Positions 10,444 through 21,590 of a stretch of DNA of 64,000 nt are shown in pieces. The translations under genes were made by a program, and so were the position numbers. Source of the DNA: Phyllobacterium sp. (GTDB lineage: Bacteria > Pseudomonadota > Alphaproteobacteria > Rhizobiales > Rhizobiaceae); assembly GCA_043717855.1 (NCBI GenBank), contig JAYSWX010000118.1:605-64604 (forward strand), read 5' to 3'. The number at the start of each line of letters is the position of its first letter. Position 1 is the first letter of the stretch. The notes beneath the pieces were generated by a model. That model saw only the letters and a program-made list of their open reading frames with translations, did no database searches and was not told the origin of the DNA.

Positions 10444-11288
10444 GCGCTTGTCCTCTTGCGTCCAAGGATAAACATGCCGAGCGCGTTGGCACGACTCACA
10501 ACCTCTTTTCTGTCCAATATTAGTGAATTACCCGCCTCCAACACTAAGCCTGACAGGCCTGCAGCATGGGCTTGGTCGACTGTATCCGGACCGATGCTGG
10601 GTAGATCCACACGCAAATCCTGACCGGGCTTGGCAAACTTCACCAAGACACCACCGATGAGATTGGCATCGCTGCTTGACGCCGCCGCTAGGCGCTTAAG
10701 CATGGCGGCCGTCCCATCCGCTTGTTCCAGCGCTAGAATGTTCTCGTTTTTAGCAACAGCCGCTTGGCCAATGTCCTTTGCGCCCAAATCCAGCGCTGCG
10801 CCTATACCATAGACGATGCTGATTTCATCCTTTTGCGAGGGGCCGCGTTTAGTTATGCAGTCGTATGGCGTCAATAGTTCAGGAAGTACCTCATGTGCGC
10901 CGATAACAAAAAAGCCTCGCTGTTCGAACCATTGAATAACTGTGCGCAGTAGACCATCGTCGCCTTTGCGAAGCGCCAGAAACAGGGTTGGCAGCAGTTT
11001 AATAGTCGTCCAGTCCAACCGGAATGTTGTGAAGTGCGGGCGGATTTTTACGCCGCCTGCCAGCAGTAGGGTATCGACATTTGCACCGCGCAATGCAGCC
11101 AATACCGAACCTAGATGGGTAATTTCGATACGGCAATAATCATATTTGTCAATCCAGCTACCGCAATCATCACTTAGACCGACAATGAACGGGTTTTTCA
11201 GCGCACGTGCCAAAAGCTCCGGCAGCAGACCACTGCCGGCGATGACCGCCGTGCGGGCTGGCAAATCATGAGTAACGTCATTCGTCAC
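10440..11288 (-). CDS. lpxI: UDP-2,3-diacylglucosamine pyrophosphatase LpxI (DUF1009 family)
   Basis: It lies between lpxA and lpxB, as LpxI does in alphaproteobacteria. Motifs: AGSGLLPE N-terminus and GTAAML. GTG start overlapping the lpxA end. Confidence 0.8.
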   Translation of the reverse strand: MTNDVTHDLPARTAVIAGSGLLPELLARALKNPFIVGLSDDCGSWIDKYDYCRIEITHLGSVLAALRGANVDTLLLAGGVKIRPHFTTFRLDWTTIKLLPTLFLALRKGDDGLLRTVIQWFEQRGFFVIGAHEVLPELLTPYDCITKRGPSQKDEISIVYGIGAALDLGAKDIGQAAVAKNENILALEQADGTAAMLKRLAAASSSDANLIGGVLVKFAKPGQDLRVDLPSIGPDTVDQAHAAGLSGLVLEAGNSLILDRKEVVSRANALGMFILGRKRTSA

Positions 11289-12117
11289 TGTCCCCGGCCC
11301 CTTCGGCTGAAGCTTTTAACAACGGTGCGCAATAGGAGCGCTTGGAGCTGAAATCCATAAATTGCAGTAGGTCTTGCACAGCCGGCGACGTGCCATATTG
11401 CTTTTCAACCTCAACCGCATTTTCGCGAACGGGATGTTTACGATTAAACAGCAATTTCACGGCGTGACGCAAAATGTGAATATCCGATCTGGCCATGCCT
11501 GAGCGCTTCATGCCTACAATATTGAGGCCGGCAAGGTGCGCATGAACGCCGATGGCACTGCCAAAGGGAATTAGATCATGCACCAGCGCAGCAAGGCCGC
11601 CAACGAAGGCGTGATGCCCCACGCGACAGAACTGATGCACTGCACCGCCGCCGCCGATAATCACACCATCTCCAATAGTGACATGGCCGCCAATCATGAC
11701 ATTATTTGCGAACGTAACGTTGTTGCCCAACACACAATCATGCGCGACATGGGCATAAGCCAAGAACGTGCAGTTATCGCCAATAGTTGTTGTACCAGTG
11801 CTGGTATCAGAGCCGGTGTGCATTGTTACGCCCTCACGGATCAGGCAGTTTTTGCCGACAACGAGCGTTGCATAGCCGCCCTTGTGTTTGCCATTCTGCG
11901 GTGCAGCGCCAATTATGGCATGGTGATAAACGGTCGCGCCTTCCCCCAGCGTCGTAACGCCTGTGACGACAACATGGCTCATGAGCTTGCAGTTATCTCC
12001 AATGGTTACATTGGGACCGATGTGGCAGAACGGCCCGACGGAGACATTCTCACCAATTTTCGCGCCATCTTCAATGATTGCGGTAGGATGGATTGTTGCA
12101 GTTGTTGATACGCTCAC
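11278..12117 (-). CDS. lpxA: Acyl-ACP--UDP-N-acetylglucosamine O-acyltransferase
   Basis: Left-handed beta-helix hexapeptide repeats plus a C-terminal helical domain. GTG start overlapping the fabZ stop. Confidence 0.92.
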   Translation of the reverse strand: MSVSTTATIHPTAIIEDGAKIGENVSVGPFCHIGPNVTIGDNCKLMSHVVVTGVTTLGEGATVYHHAIIGAAPQNGKHKGGYATLVVGKNCLIREGVTMHTGSDTSTGTTTIGDNCTFLAYAHVAHDCVLGNNVTFANNVMIGGHVTIGDGVIIGGGGAVHQFCRVGHHAFVGGLAALVHDLIPFGSAIGVHAHLAGLNIVGMKRSGMARSDIHILRHAVKLLFNRKHPVRENAVEVEKQYGTSPAVQDLLQFMDFSSKRSYCAPLLKASAEGAGDSDE

Positions 12118-12608
12118 GATGCGTTGCCTTCTTTCGCCGCCTTTTCAGCAGCTTCATTCACGATCATAGCGGTCACGTCGGCTTCTGCAACTTTCGCGCC
12201 ATCCACCGTGGCGATGCAGGCGTATTTTGACAAATTGCCGCGACGTTTAATCTTAGTCACGCGGATTTCCAAGCGGTCACCGGGTACAACGGGCTTACGG
12301 AACTTCGCATTGTCAATTGTCATAAAATACACGATCGAGGGCGTATCGAAGCCGTTTGCCATGATTGATATCGCGCCGGCCGTTTGTGCCATGGCTTCGA
12401 TAATCAAAACGCCAGGCATAATGGGATTGCCTGGAAAATGACCAGTGAAATGCGGCTCGTTGATCGTGACATTTTTAATGCCTGTGGCGGAGTTATCGCC
12501 ATCTATATCGACAATTTTATCAATCAAAAGAAAGGGATAACGATGGGGCAGTATAGAAAGCAGCTTTTGAATGTCAGCAGATTGCAGCGCTGGGCTGTTG
12601 TCACTCAT
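12114..12608 (-). CDS. fabZ: 3-hydroxyacyl-ACP dehydratase FabZ
   Basis: [12 protein letters not shown]...[19 protein letters not shown] hot-dog motif. Confidence 0.95.
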   Translation of the reverse strand: MSDNSPALQSADIQKLLSILPHRYPFLLIDKIVDIDGDNSATGIKNVTINEPHFTGHFPGNPIMPGVLIIEAMAQTAGAISIMANGFDTPSIVYFMTIDNAKFRKPVVPGDRLEIRVTKIKRRGNLSKYACIATVDGAKVAEADVTAMIVNEAAEKAAKEGNAS

Positions 12609-13653
12609 TGCTTGGTTTCCTTTTTTCTCTTGCCATGTTTCTCACCATTGAAAGCTCGCGGAAAAACTGTTTGAGCGGCTGTGCTGGCAATCCGCCCCAC
12701 CGTTCATTGTCCGGCACATCATTCATGACACCGGATGCCGCAGCCACCTGCACACCATTGCCCAAAGTTACGTGATCGGCAATGCCCACGCGACCGCCAA
12801 GCATGACGTTATCACCCAAGGTGACGCTGCCGGAAAGGCCACAATGACCAGTGATAACACAATTACGACCTATGCGCACATTGTGCGCGATCTGCACTAG
12901 ATTATCAATTTTTGTGCCCTCACCGATGATGGTGTCGGCGAGCGCTCCCCGATCTATCGTGGTATTGGCACCGATTTCGACATCATCTTGTAGGATGACA
13001 CGGCCAATATGCGGCATTTTCTCGAGACCCTTTGCTCCCGGCGTGAAGCCGAAGCCATCTTGGCCGAGCCGTGCGCCAGAATGAACCAAGACACGATTGC
13101 CGATTAGTGAATTTGTTATGCTGGCGCCCGGGCCAATGGCACAGTCACGCCCAATTTTACAAGACGCGCCAATCACAGCAGATGGCCCAATAATTGTACC
13201 AGAGCCAATTTCAACATACTCACCAATAACGGCACCCGCCTCAATGGTGACATCCGCCTCAATTATAGCCGTTTTTGCAACATGGGCGGCTGAAGAAACA
13301 CCCGTAAGACCCAGAAATGATTGAGGTTTTATAGAATTGGGGAATAACACTCTACCCAACGTACCAAATGCCTGTTGCGGGCGGATAGAGAGCATAACCG
13401 CTACATTCTTACCTACGAAGGGCGCAAGCTCCGCAGTGCATACAATTGTACAGTCAGGTAGATGCGCCAACAGCGCCTCATATGCCTTGCCGCTTGCAAA
13501 TAGTAGCGAACCTGTACTCGCACTTTCTATATTGCTAATGCTAATTATTTGACGATCAGCATACTGAGGTGTCAGCAACTCGGCGCCAGAAAGTAATGCC
13601 GCCTCGTTGACACTAAGCCTCCGTGCCGGTGCATAAAAAGAGATGTTTTTCAT
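12601..13653 (-). CDS. lpxD: UDP-3-O-(3-hydroxyacyl)glucosamine N-acyltransferase
   Basis: Hexapeptide-repeat protein in the lpxD-fabZ-lpxA context. Confidence 0.92.
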   Translation of the reverse strand: MKNISFYAPARRLSVNEAALLSGAELLTPQYADRQIISISNIESASTGSLLFASGKAYEALLAHLPDCTIVCTAELAPFVGKNVAVMLSIRPQQAFGTLGRVLFPNSIKPQSFLGLTGVSSAAHVAKTAIIEADVTIEAGAVIGEYVEIGSGTIIGPSAVIGASCKIGRDCAIGPGASITNSLIGNRVLVHSGARLGQDGFGFTPGAKGLEKMPHIGRVILQDDVEIGANTTIDRGALADTIIGEGTKIDNLVQIAHNVRIGRNCVITGHCGLSGSVTLGDNVMLGGRVGIADHVTLGNGVQVAAASGVMNDVPDNERWGGLPAQPLKQFFRELSMVRNMAREKRKPSNE

Positions 13654-13709
13654 GCGACTCTCTATCCTCCGGACAATAGTTTGGCCCGGAGGGCTGACTG
13701 GTCAAGTTC

Positions 13710-16067
13710 TTAGAACTTTGTCGAGATACCGAAGTTCAGATTTTGTATGCGATCCCCGGATTGTTTGACGACAGGAATTGCATAGTCCACACGCAGTGGT
13801 CCAAAAGGCGACGCCCAAATTAAGCTTGCACCAACGGACGAACGCCATTTCAAGCCTTTGCCGGTAAGTGTCGGATCAGTAAACGGCGATCCAAACAATG
13901 TGCCCATATCTGCGAACACAGCGCCTTTAATGCCAATGCTTTCCGGTATAGCAGGCATCGGGAACTGAACCTCAGCAGAAGCATTCATATAAGAATTACC
14001 GCCGATAAATGTCGTAACGCCGCCAGTCGTCAGGCCCGGACCAAAACCCTCAGCCCTAAATCCACGAACGATTTCAGGCCCAGCCTTAAACAAATCACCC
14101 GTCAGGATTCCCTTACGATCAGTTGTGGTACCCGTGCTATCGAGGGCATAAATGTAACCGGCGCCAACCGTGGCACTGGCTACAATGTCAAACTCTTCAG
14201 AAACAGTCTTGTAATATGACGCCTTTACAGTGGATTTGATCCATTTAGCGTCGCCACCCAAACCTGCAAACTCTTGGTTGAATTTAGCGTACGTGCCTTC
14301 ATGCGGGTTATCCATGCTGTCAATTGTGTTGAACAGCAGGGCGTAACTCAAAGAAGACTTAATCCAAGACAAACTGGTTTCGGTAGGCCTAAAAATCGAT
14401 GCCGGGCTGCCCAACACCGCAGTGGTATATTTATCCTGTGTAATATTATAAGCCACCTGCGCGGATAATTGCTCAGTAATTGGCAGACCAAAACGAACCG
14501 ACGCGCCAGTGCGATTCAGTTTATATGACGCGTAATCGGTGTTGCTTTTGAAAATATCAAAACCAGCTGCTATCCGGTGACCAAGAAAGTACGGCTCTGT
14601 AAACGATAGCGAATAGGTACGTTCGCCCTTGGAACCGCCTGCTGAGACCTTAACATATTGGCCGCGCCCGAGGAAATTGCGCTCGGTGACGCCCACTTCG
14701 AGGTTTACACCGCCGCCTGATGTGCCGCCAGTTGTATATCCAGCACCGATGGAAAATTCACCGGTTGATTTTTCAGTCACATCGACAACCAAGACAACCT
14801 GGTCTGCTTCGGCACCGGGAACAGTCGAAATTTCAACACGTTCGAAGAACGCTAATGCTTCCAGACGTTTCTTCGCGCGCTGAACAAGAACCTGATTGAA
14901 GGCATCGCCTTCAGCCACATCGAACTCGCGACGGATAACGTAATCACGCGTCTTGTCGTTGCCACGCACTTCGATGCGCTCGACATAGGCACGCGGACCT
15001 TGGTCAACGGTATAAACGACATTGATGGTGTGATTAGCGAAATCGCGGTCGCCACGTGGCGTTACCTGAGCAAAGGCATATCCTTTGTTGGCAACTTTTT
15101 CAGAGATACCAGAAATTGAATCTTCAATGTCCTTGGCGCTATAAGTATCGCCATCACGTGTTTTTACTACGTTTTGCAGATCAGCAGATGTCACCCCATC
15201 GACTGTGCTTTCGACGGATACAGTGCCATATTTATAGCGCTGTCCTTCGTCCACAGTAACTGTGATCGTATATTTGTTAGTGGCGTCGTCAAGCTGCGCA
15301 TCCGAGGATACTACCTGGAAATCGGCATAGCCACGATTGAAATAGAAGCGACGCAGTGCTTCCTCATCAGCCTTTAACCGATCGGCGTCATAAACGTCGT
15401 TGCGCGAAATAAACGAAAGCAAATTAGTCTTTTTCGTCGAGATCACTTCCTGAAGACGGCGATCACCAAAAGCGGTGTTGCCGACAAAATTAATCGTGGC
15501 GATCTTCGTGCGATCACCCTCTTGAATGTCAAACACGACGTTCGTACGACCTTCACCCAAATCGACAGTTGTCGGATTAACTACCACGTCAGCGCGGCCG
15601 ATGCGGCGGTATGCTTGACGGATGGTTTCGGCATCTTGTTCCAACAGATTGGAATCAAGCGATGAGCCGCTTTTTAGCTGCACTTGCCCGCCAAGAGCCG
15701 CATCTTTGATTTTCTTGTTGCCCTTAAAGAGCACCTGATTGATGACAGAATACTCTGAAACGGTTATCACCAGTGTTGCGCCAGACTGCTTAATGCCGAC
15801 GTCTGAAAACAGGCCCGTGGAATAAAGGCGTTTTACGGCCTCATCCAAATCTGAGGCGGAATAGGGTTGACCGGCCTTGATGCCGAGATATTCGCTAATT
15901 GTCGAGGATTCTACGCGCGAATTTCCGCGCACATCCACACTTTTAAATGACGCAGCCTGAGCGGCAGATACGAACACGAGACTTCCCGCGACCACGCCAC
16001 CCGCAACAATGCGACTTGACATGACGATAGCGGAAGCCGCCGACAACAAAATTGACTTAGCCTTCAT
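13710..16067 (-). CDS. bamA: Outer membrane protein assembly factor BamA
   Basis: Signal peptide, POTRA-like repeats and a C-terminal beta-barrel ending ...NLNFGISTKF. ATG at 16067 chosen (MKAKSILLSAASA...). Confidence 0.92.
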   Translation of the reverse strand: MKAKSILLSAASAIVMSSRIVAGGVVAGSLVFVSAAQAASFKSVDVRGNSRVESSTISEYLGIKAGQPYSASDLDEAVKRLYSTGLFSDVGIKQSGATLVITVSEYSVINQVLFKGNKKIKDAALGGQVQLKSGSSLDSNLLEQDAETIRQAYRRIGRADVVVNPTTVDLGEGRTNVVFDIQEGDRTKIATINFVGNTAFGDRRLQEVISTKKTNLLSFISRNDVYDADRLKADEEALRRFYFNRGYADFQVVSSDAQLDDATNKYTITVTVDEGQRYKYGTVSVESTVDGVTSADLQNVVKTRDGDTYSAKDIEDSISGISEKVANKGYAFAQVTPRGDRDFANHTINVVYTVDQGPRAYVERIEVRGNDKTRDYVIRREFDVAEGDAFNQVLVQRAKKRLEALAFFERVEISTVPGAEADQVVLVVDVTEKSTGEFSIGAGYTTGGTSGGGVNLEVGVTERNFLGRGQYVKVSAGGSKGERTYSLSFTEPYFLGHRIAAGFDIFKSNTDYASYKLNRTGASVRFGLPITEQLSAQVAYNITQDKYTTAVLGSPASIFRPTETSLSWIKSSLSYALLFNTIDSMDNPHEGTYAKFNQEFAGLGGDAKWIKSTVKASYYKTVSEEFDIVASATVGAGYIYALDSTGTTTDRKGILTGDLFKAGPEIVRGFRAEGFGPGLTTGGVTTFIGGNSYMNASAEVQFPMPAIPESIGIKGAVFADMGTLFGSPFTDPTLTGKGLKWRSSVGASLIWASPFGPLRVDYAIPVVKQSGDRIQNLNFGISTKF

Positions 16068-16261
16068 TTGGCTTTCCAAACCTTCTGCAATAGTTTTGTC
16101 CCACGCGATAAACCGCACCCGTCAGAGCGTTCCCCGTCATAAACGGTTTTACCATACACGCAAGCATTAGAGTTAAAATCCGTTTACTTCTTTGTAATTT
16201 GTGACTTTGAGGTCACGAAAATTACCCCTTATGGTAAATCAATCCTAACCATATTCCCGTT

Positions 16262-17413
16262 TCAGCAGGCGAACAGGTCGTTGAAGAAAACGAATCCCAT
16301 AAAGGTCAAAACCAAAATACTTCCAATACGATATACAATATCTTGTATTCTGGCGGAAACAGGGCGGCGCATGACGGCTTCCACGCCATAAAACAACAAA
16401 TGGCCACCATCGAGCGGTGGAATAGGCAACAAATTTAAAATGCCGATGCCTATAGATAATAATGCCGTAAGCTGAATCAGCCAGTCATAGCCGCGCTTCG
16501 ATGCCTGTCCAGCCATTGTTGCAATTTTAACAGGGCCGCCGAGCTGACACTTATCTTCGCGGCCTTTCACTAGGCGCACTAGGAATCCACCTGTCTGTTC
16601 GACAATAAAAGTAGCCTCAGACAATGATTCTTTGAACGCACCAAGCGGTGAAAAATTTACAGTGCGAAAATTGCCGTTTTCGTTGCCTACCTTAATACCT
16701 AAGACTGCAATTTTTACTTTATTTCCAAGGGGATCATCCATTTCCTTGACCTGCGGCGCGGCGGTGATTTCGACGGATTTTCCGTCCCGCTCCATAGCAA
16801 ATCTAATATCCTGACCTAAACGCGGACCAATGTAGCGCTGTACATCGGTAAAGGTCGCCACTGGCTGTCCATCGACACTGACGAACCGATCACCCGGTTT
16901 AAACCCGGCGGATGCCGCAGGCGTATCGGGCATAACTTCTGTCACAACCGGGTCGACGATGAGCTTGCCGTACATGCTAAAAAACACAGTGAATATTGAA
17001 ATTGTGAGAATGAAGTTTGCCAGCGGGCCTGCAAAGACTGTAGCCGCACGCTTCCAAACTGGCTGTGTATGGAAGGCGACAGCGCGCTCTTGCGGCGTCA
17101 TAGCAGCAAGTGCATCCTTGTCCACAATACTTGCGCCATTCAAATCACCGGCAAATTTTACATAGCCGCCGAGCGGAATAGCAGACAATTTCCAGCGCGT
17201 TCCGTGCTTGTCGTTAAAGCCGATTAGCTCCGGCCCAAAGCCGATGGAAAATGCCTTAACGCCAATGCCACACCAGCGACCGACCAGATAATGGCCCATT
17301 TCATGGACGAAGACGACGATAGTTAGAATAATGAGAAATGGCAGTATCATACCGATTAAAAGACTGTCACTGCTCAGTAATTTCGTTAGTGTTTCGCTCA
17401 ATTTAATGTCCAT
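16262..17413 (-). CDS. rseP: RIP zinc metalloprotease RseP
   Basis: HEMGH motif, PDZ region and LNLLPIPPLDGG motif. Confidence 0.92.
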   Translation of the reverse strand: MDIKLSETLTKLLSSDSLLIGMILPFLIILTIVVFVHEMGHYLVGRWCGIGVKAFSIGFGPELIGFNDKHGTRWKLSAIPLGGYVKFAGDLNGASIVDKDALAAMTPQERAVAFHTQPVWKRAATVFAGPLANFILTISIFTVFFSMYGKLIVDPVVTEVMPDTPAASAGFKPGDRFVSVDGQPVATFTDVQRYIGPRLGQDIRFAMERDGKSVEITAAPQVKEMDDPLGNKVKIAVLGIKVGNENGNFRTVNFSPLGAFKESLSEATFIVEQTGGFLVRLVKGREDKCQLGGPVKIATMAGQASKRGYDWLIQLTALLSIGIGILNLLPIPPLDGGHLLFYGVEAVMRRPVSARIQDIVYRIGSILVLTFMGFVFFNDLFAC

Positions 17414-17460
17414 TTCCGAAAATTACGAAAGCTTGTATGAGAGGTTGCACAAAGTGTTTG

Positions 17461-18255
17461 CTATATAAAATCTAAAATACTTATCGTTACATAAAGTGCA
17501 GTTGCGGCAAGCGCAAGGCCGTCAACGCGGTCCATCATCCCGCCATGCCCCGGGATCATTGTGCCCGAATCTTTGACGCCAAACTTGCGCTTGACCCAAG
17601 ATTCGAAAAGATCGCCACCCTGTGAAACAATAGAGATAAGTAAAATGATAAGTGGCAACAAAGGGTTACCTGTGTGGCTTTCGCTCAAAGCCACAAAAAG
17701 TCCGACAGCCACCGCAGCTGCTGCGCCACCGATTGCGCCTGACCACGTTTTTTTAGGAGATATACTTAAGGCTAACTTAGGCCCGCCGAGTGTGCGGCCG
17801 ACAAAATAAGCAAAAACATCAGTTGACCAGACGATGCCAAACAACATCAGCACATTTAGCTGCCCATGAGCACTATCGCCGTGCAAATATGCGAGACTGG
17901 CTGCCGGTATGCCCGCGTAGAGGATGCCAAGCGGGAGCCACCCACTTGCGCCGACGGTGAACATGGCCACAATTCCAACAATCGCCGCAAGCGCAATAGT
18001 GCCGAAAGTAAATACAGGCGGCATACCGGAAATCAGAAGTGCGAAGCTCATGACCAATAAGAGTTCGCAGACACGATTGATAATTCTGCCAGATATCTGG
18101 CCCGTAATTTTTCGCCATTCAACAAATATGGCTGCTCCCATCACGACCGCGAGTATCCTGAAGGAGATACCGCCTAAATAAGTGACCGTGAGCACAACCG
18201 CGCCAAGTATAACGGCAGTTATAATGCGTACTTGGAGATTTGAAAGTTTACTCAT
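17461..18255 (-). CDS. cdsA: Phosphatidate cytidylyltransferase
   Basis: C-terminal signature [31 protein letters not shown]. Confidence 0.92.
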   Translation of the reverse strand: MSKLSNLQVRIITAVILGAVVLTVTYLGGISFRILAVVMGAAIFVEWRKITGQISGRIINRVCELLLVMSFALLISGMPPVFTFGTIALAAIVGIVAMFTVGASGWLPLGILYAGIPAASLAYLHGDSAHGQLNVLMLFGIVWSTDVFAYFVGRTLGGPKLALSISPKKTWSGAIGGAAAAVAVGLFVALSESHTGNPLLPLIILLISIVSQGGDLFESWVKRKFGVKDSGTMIPGHGGMMDRVDGLALAATALYVTISILDFI

Positions 18256-18971
18256 GAAACTTGGGCCTGCAGGCCACCAAAACGACGGTCGCGCCGCTCA
18301 TATTCTGAAATAGCTTCAACAAAACTGACCCTATTAAAATCCGGCCAAAGGCACGGCAAAAAAACAAGCTCGGCATATGCTGCTTGCCACATCAAAAAAT
18401 TTGACAGGCGTACCTCGCCGCTGGTGCGAATGACCAAATCGGGATCAGGAATTCCAGCAGTGTCAAGGCGGGCTGTGAGAGCGCTCTGCCCGATGTCTTC
18501 CAACGATAACCGGCCGTCTTGTACATCGCTTACCAGGGCGCGTGCAGCACGCACAATTTCATCACGCGCACCATAGTTAAAGGCGATAGTCAGTGTCATC
18601 TTGCTGTTGCCGCGCGTCAGCTTTTCCGCATCCTCAAGCAGTTTTAAGATATCAGCTTTTAGGTTTTTGCGGTCACCAATGATGCGAACTTCAACATTGG
18701 AGCGATGAAGTTCTGCCAGATCCCTACGGATGAATATTTTGAGAAGTCCGAGCAAGTCAGCGACTTCGGTTGCAGGGCGCGACCAATTTTCGGATGAAAA
18801 TGCATAGAGTGTGAGGTAACGGATGCCTAATTCACTAGCGTTACGAACGGCGTCATGAAGCGCGCTCATACCCGCTTTGTGACCGGCAGTGCGCGGCAGG
18901 CCGCGAGCTTTTGCCCAGCGACCATTGCCATCCATTATGATTGCCACGTGGGCAGGCACCACCATGTTCAA
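18252..18971 (-). CDS. uppS: Isoprenyl transferase (undecaprenyl diphosphate synthase)
   Basis: [13 protein letters not shown] motif; 4-nt overlap with cdsA. Confidence 0.93.
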   Translation of the reverse strand: MNMVVPAHVAIIMDGNGRWAKARGLPRTAGHKAGMSALHDAVRNASELGIRYLTLYAFSSENWSRPATEVADLLGLLKIFIRRDLAELHRSNVEVRIIGDRKNLKADILKLLEDAEKLTRGNSKMTLTIAFNYGARDEIVRAARALVSDVQDGRLSLEDIGQSALTARLDTAGIPDPDLVIRTSGEVRLSNFLMWQAAYAELVFLPCLWPDFNRVSFVEAISEYERRDRRFGGLQAQVS

Positions 18972-18997
18972 CGCATCCTTTGGTTTAATTTATTGAA

Positions 18998-19564
18998 CTA
19001 AACCTGCATAATTTCAACTTCTTTGTGGTGCAAAGACGAATCGATCGCCGCGATAGTTTCATCGGTCATCTTTTGCACTTTCTCACCCTGCACACGGCCA
19101 TCATCTTGCGCAATGTCTCCGTCTTTTTCGAGCCTTTTCAACAGGTCCATAGCGTCACGGCGCACGTGGCGTGTGGATACTTTGGCGTTTTCGGCATATT
19201 CCTTGGCAATCTTCACTAGATCCTTACGGCGCTGCTCGTTGAGCTCCGGAAGTGGAATACGCAGCGTTGTGCCCTCGGTAATCGGGTTCAAACCAAGACC
19301 GGACTCGCGAATAGCGCGGTCAACAGCGCCGACCATTGATTTATCCCAAACTGAGACAGCCAACATACGCGCTTCCGGAACTGTGACGTTCGCAACCTGA
19401 TTGAGTGGCATTGAGGAGCCATAAGCCTGAACGGTAATTGGGTCCAACAGGGATGCCGAAGCGCGACCGGTGCGAAGGCCGCCTAGGTCTTGCTTTAACG
19501 ATGCGATTGCACCATCCATACGGCGCTTTACATCATTCATATCGAGCAATTCATTCTTTGCCAT
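18998..19564 (-). CDS. frr: Ribosome recycling factor
   Basis: Typical 188-aa RRF sequence and the pyrH-frr context. Confidence 0.95.
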   Translation of the reverse strand: MAKNELLDMNDVKRRMDGAIASLKQDLGGLRTGRASASLLDPITVQAYGSSMPLNQVANVTVPEARMLAVSVWDKSMVGAVDRAIRESGLGLNPITEGTTLRIPLPELNEQRRKDLVKIAKEYAENAKVSTRHVRRDAMDLLKRLEKDGDIAQDDGRVQGEKVQKMTDETIAAIDSSLHHKEVEIMQV

Positions 19565-19602
19565 TTAAAATCTCCTCCAAACGTTGGGCAAGGTTTGCGC
19601 CT

Positions 19603-20325
19603 TTATGCGTCAGTAACCGTTGTGCAACGCCCTTTGCCTATCAAAATATCAGCGAATCCACCGATTTCGTGGATTGAAAACACAATTATCGGAATCTTAT
19701 TCTCTCGCGCAAGTGCCACGGCAGCGGTATCCATCACGGCAAGGCCCTTGGATAGAATATCTTGATGGGTAATGCTGTCAAAGCGGGTGGCGTTCGGGTC
19801 TTTCTTAGGGTCAGCGGAGTAGATGCCATCCACCTGAGTTCCCTTGAATAGCGCGTCTGCTCCGACTTCGGCAGCGCGCAGTGCGGCAGCTGAATCGGTC
19901 GTGAAAAATGGGTTGCCGGTGCCACCGGCGAAAATCACCACTTTGCCCTGATCCATGTAAGCAGTCGCTTGGCGCTGCGAGAAGCTCTCGCAGATTTCCG
20001 GCATGGCGATGGCAGACAAGACGACGGTATCAATACCGATCTTTACAAGCGATGTGCGCAACGCCAGCGAGTTTATGACTGTTGCCAACATGCCCATGTG
20101 GTCGCCAGTTACGCGGTCGCCTCCTTTGGAGGCCACAGCTACGCCACGGAAAATATTGCCGCCGCCAACCACGACGCCAACTTCAACGCCAAGTGCGCGG
20201 GCTGAAGCGATATCAGCTGCGATGCGGTCAACCACTGCCACATCAATGCCGAATCCTTGATCGCCCATAAGCGCTTCGCCGGAGCATTTGAGGAGTACAC
20301 GGCGATAGAGTGGCTTGGCTGTCAT
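19603..20325 (-). CDS. pyrH: UMP kinase
   Basis: YRRVLLKCSGEAL...GGGNIFRG motifs. The start at 20325 was chosen by N-terminal similarity; upstream in-frame starts exist at 20355 and 20388. Confidence 0.9.
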   Translation of the reverse strand: MTAKPLYRRVLLKCSGEALMGDQGFGIDVAVVDRIAADIASARALGVEVGVVVGGGNIFRGVAVASKGGDRVTGDHMGMLATVINSLALRTSLVKIGIDTVVLSAIAMPEICESFSQRQATAYMDQGKVVIFAGGTGNPFFTTDSAAALRAAEVGADALFKGTQVDGIYSADPKKDPNATRFDSITHQDILSKGLAVMDTAAVALARENKIPIIVFSIHEIGGFADILIGKGRCTTVTDA

Positions 20326-20368
20326 GAGTGAGTCCGTTATTTTAGTAAAATCCATGCTTCGGATACAC

Positions 20369-20400
20369 GAAGGGCGCGGTCGTGTCACGCCGCGCCCTTC
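20369..20400. other. Perfect 11-bp GC-rich hairpin in the tsf-pyrH spacer
   Basis: GAAGGGCGCGG - 10 nt - CCGCGCCCTTC. No U-run follows in the gene (minus) orientation, so it is not a canonical terminator. Confidence 0.5.
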
Positions 20401-20423
20401 AGGGTTTTTAGACTAGAAACTGA

Positions 20424-21350
20424 TTATTTCTTGTTCATGGCCGCAACATCAGCTGCAAAGTCTGATGTTTCTTTTTCGATGCCATCGCCCAGAGCAAAAC
20501 GCACGAAGCCTGTGATTTTGGCAGGCGCGCCGATTGTCTTTTCTGCAGCCGCCAATGCCTGCTCAACAGTGAGATCAGGATTGAGAACAAATGCCTGCTT
20601 CAGCAGAACAACTTCTTCGTAAAACTTGCGGATGCGTCCATCGACCATCTTTTCGATGATTGCGTCTGGCTTGCCGGATTCGCGGGCTTGTTCAACGAAA
20701 ATCGCGCGTTCACGCTCTACAGCGGCTGGATCAACTTCCTCAGCCGTTAATGCCAAAGGATTGGTCGCAGCAACATGCATCGCCACTTGGCGGGCAAATG
20801 CGCGGGCTTCATCGTGGCCACCGATGGTTTCGATAGCAACGAGAACGCCGAGCTTGCCAAGTCCGTCAGCCACCTGGTTGTGCATGTATGTTGCAACAAC
20901 TCCGTCTTTTACATGCAGCATTGCCGAGCGACGGAAGCTCATGTTTTCACCGATTGTGCCAACAGCATCCTTGATTGTATCAGCAACGGACTTATCCGAA
21001 CCCAGGTACATCGAGTTTGCAATTACGCCATGCGAACCATCAGTGTGGATGGCAATGTTAGCCACGTTGCGCACGATATCTTGAAACGCATCGTTACGGG
21101 CAACAAAATCTGTCTCGGAGTTAACTTCAACAACAACAGCCTTGTGGCTGTCGGATGCGTAGCCAACGAGGCCTTCAGCGGCAGTGCGGCCAGACTTTTT
21201 CTCGGCCTTGGTGATGCCCTTGGCGCGCAGCCAATCAACTGATGCCTCCATGTTGCCGGCGTTTTCAGTTAGTGCGTTCTTGCAGTCCATCATGCCAGCG
21301 CCGGAGATTTCGCGCAGTTCTTTGACCATTGCAGCGGTAATTGCAGTCAT
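20424..21350 (-). CDS. tsf: Elongation factor Ts
   Basis: [25 protein letters not shown]-terminus. Confidence 0.96.
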   Translation of the reverse strand: MTAITAAMVKELREISGAGMMDCKNALTENAGNMEASVDWLRAKGITKAEKKSGRTAAEGLVGYASDSHKAVVVEVNSETDFVARNDAFQDIVRNVANIAIHTDGSHGVIANSMYLGSDKSVADTIKDAVGTIGENMSFRRSAMLHVKDGVVATYMHNQVADGLGKLGVLVAIETIGGHDEARAFARQVAMHVAATNPLALTAEEVDPAAVERERAIFVEQARESGKPDAIIEKMVDGRIRKFYEEVVLLKQAFVLNPDLTVEQALAAAEKTIGAPAKITGFVRFALGDGIEKETSDFAADVAAMNKK

Positions 21351-21447
21351 TGTGGTAGCCTTTCTTATGAAAACAGCGCCCTCTTATAAAGAGCGCGCTC
21401 TTGGAGCTCTCACGGCTCCGAAATTTTGGGTGGTTATGCGATTGGAT

Positions 21448-21475
21448 GATGAAGCCGTGATGACACGGCTTCATC
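21448..21475. other. Perfect 12-bp hairpin in the rpsB-tsf spacer
   Basis: GATGAAGCCGTG - ATGA - CACGGCTTCATC, immediately next to repeat copy 1. Confidence 0.5.
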
Positions 21476-21486
21476 AAATTTCACAT

Positions 21487-21590
21487 TAGAGCAAAATGAG
21501 TTTTCATAGAATCGACATTTCGCTCTAAGTCTTTGTTTTGTCGCATTATCCTTAACCGCTTGATGTTCCATCAAGCTTGGAAATGCTCTA
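21487..21590. repeat. Structured intergenic repeat, copy 1 (~104 bp)
   Basis: Shares ...GCTCTAAGTCTTTGTTTT..TATCCTTAACCGCTTGATGTTCCATCAAGCTTGGAA.TGCTCTA with copy 2 (near-identical over the 3' ~60 nt). Its terminal CTA is the rpsB TAG stop. Confidence 0.85.

Noticed and set aside
11578-12108. 176-aa plus-strand ORF inside lpxA (similar ones lie inside lpxD)
   Set aside because: It is the antisense frame of hexapeptide-repeat genes. The periodic codon structure keeps antisense frames open, so it is not an independent gene.
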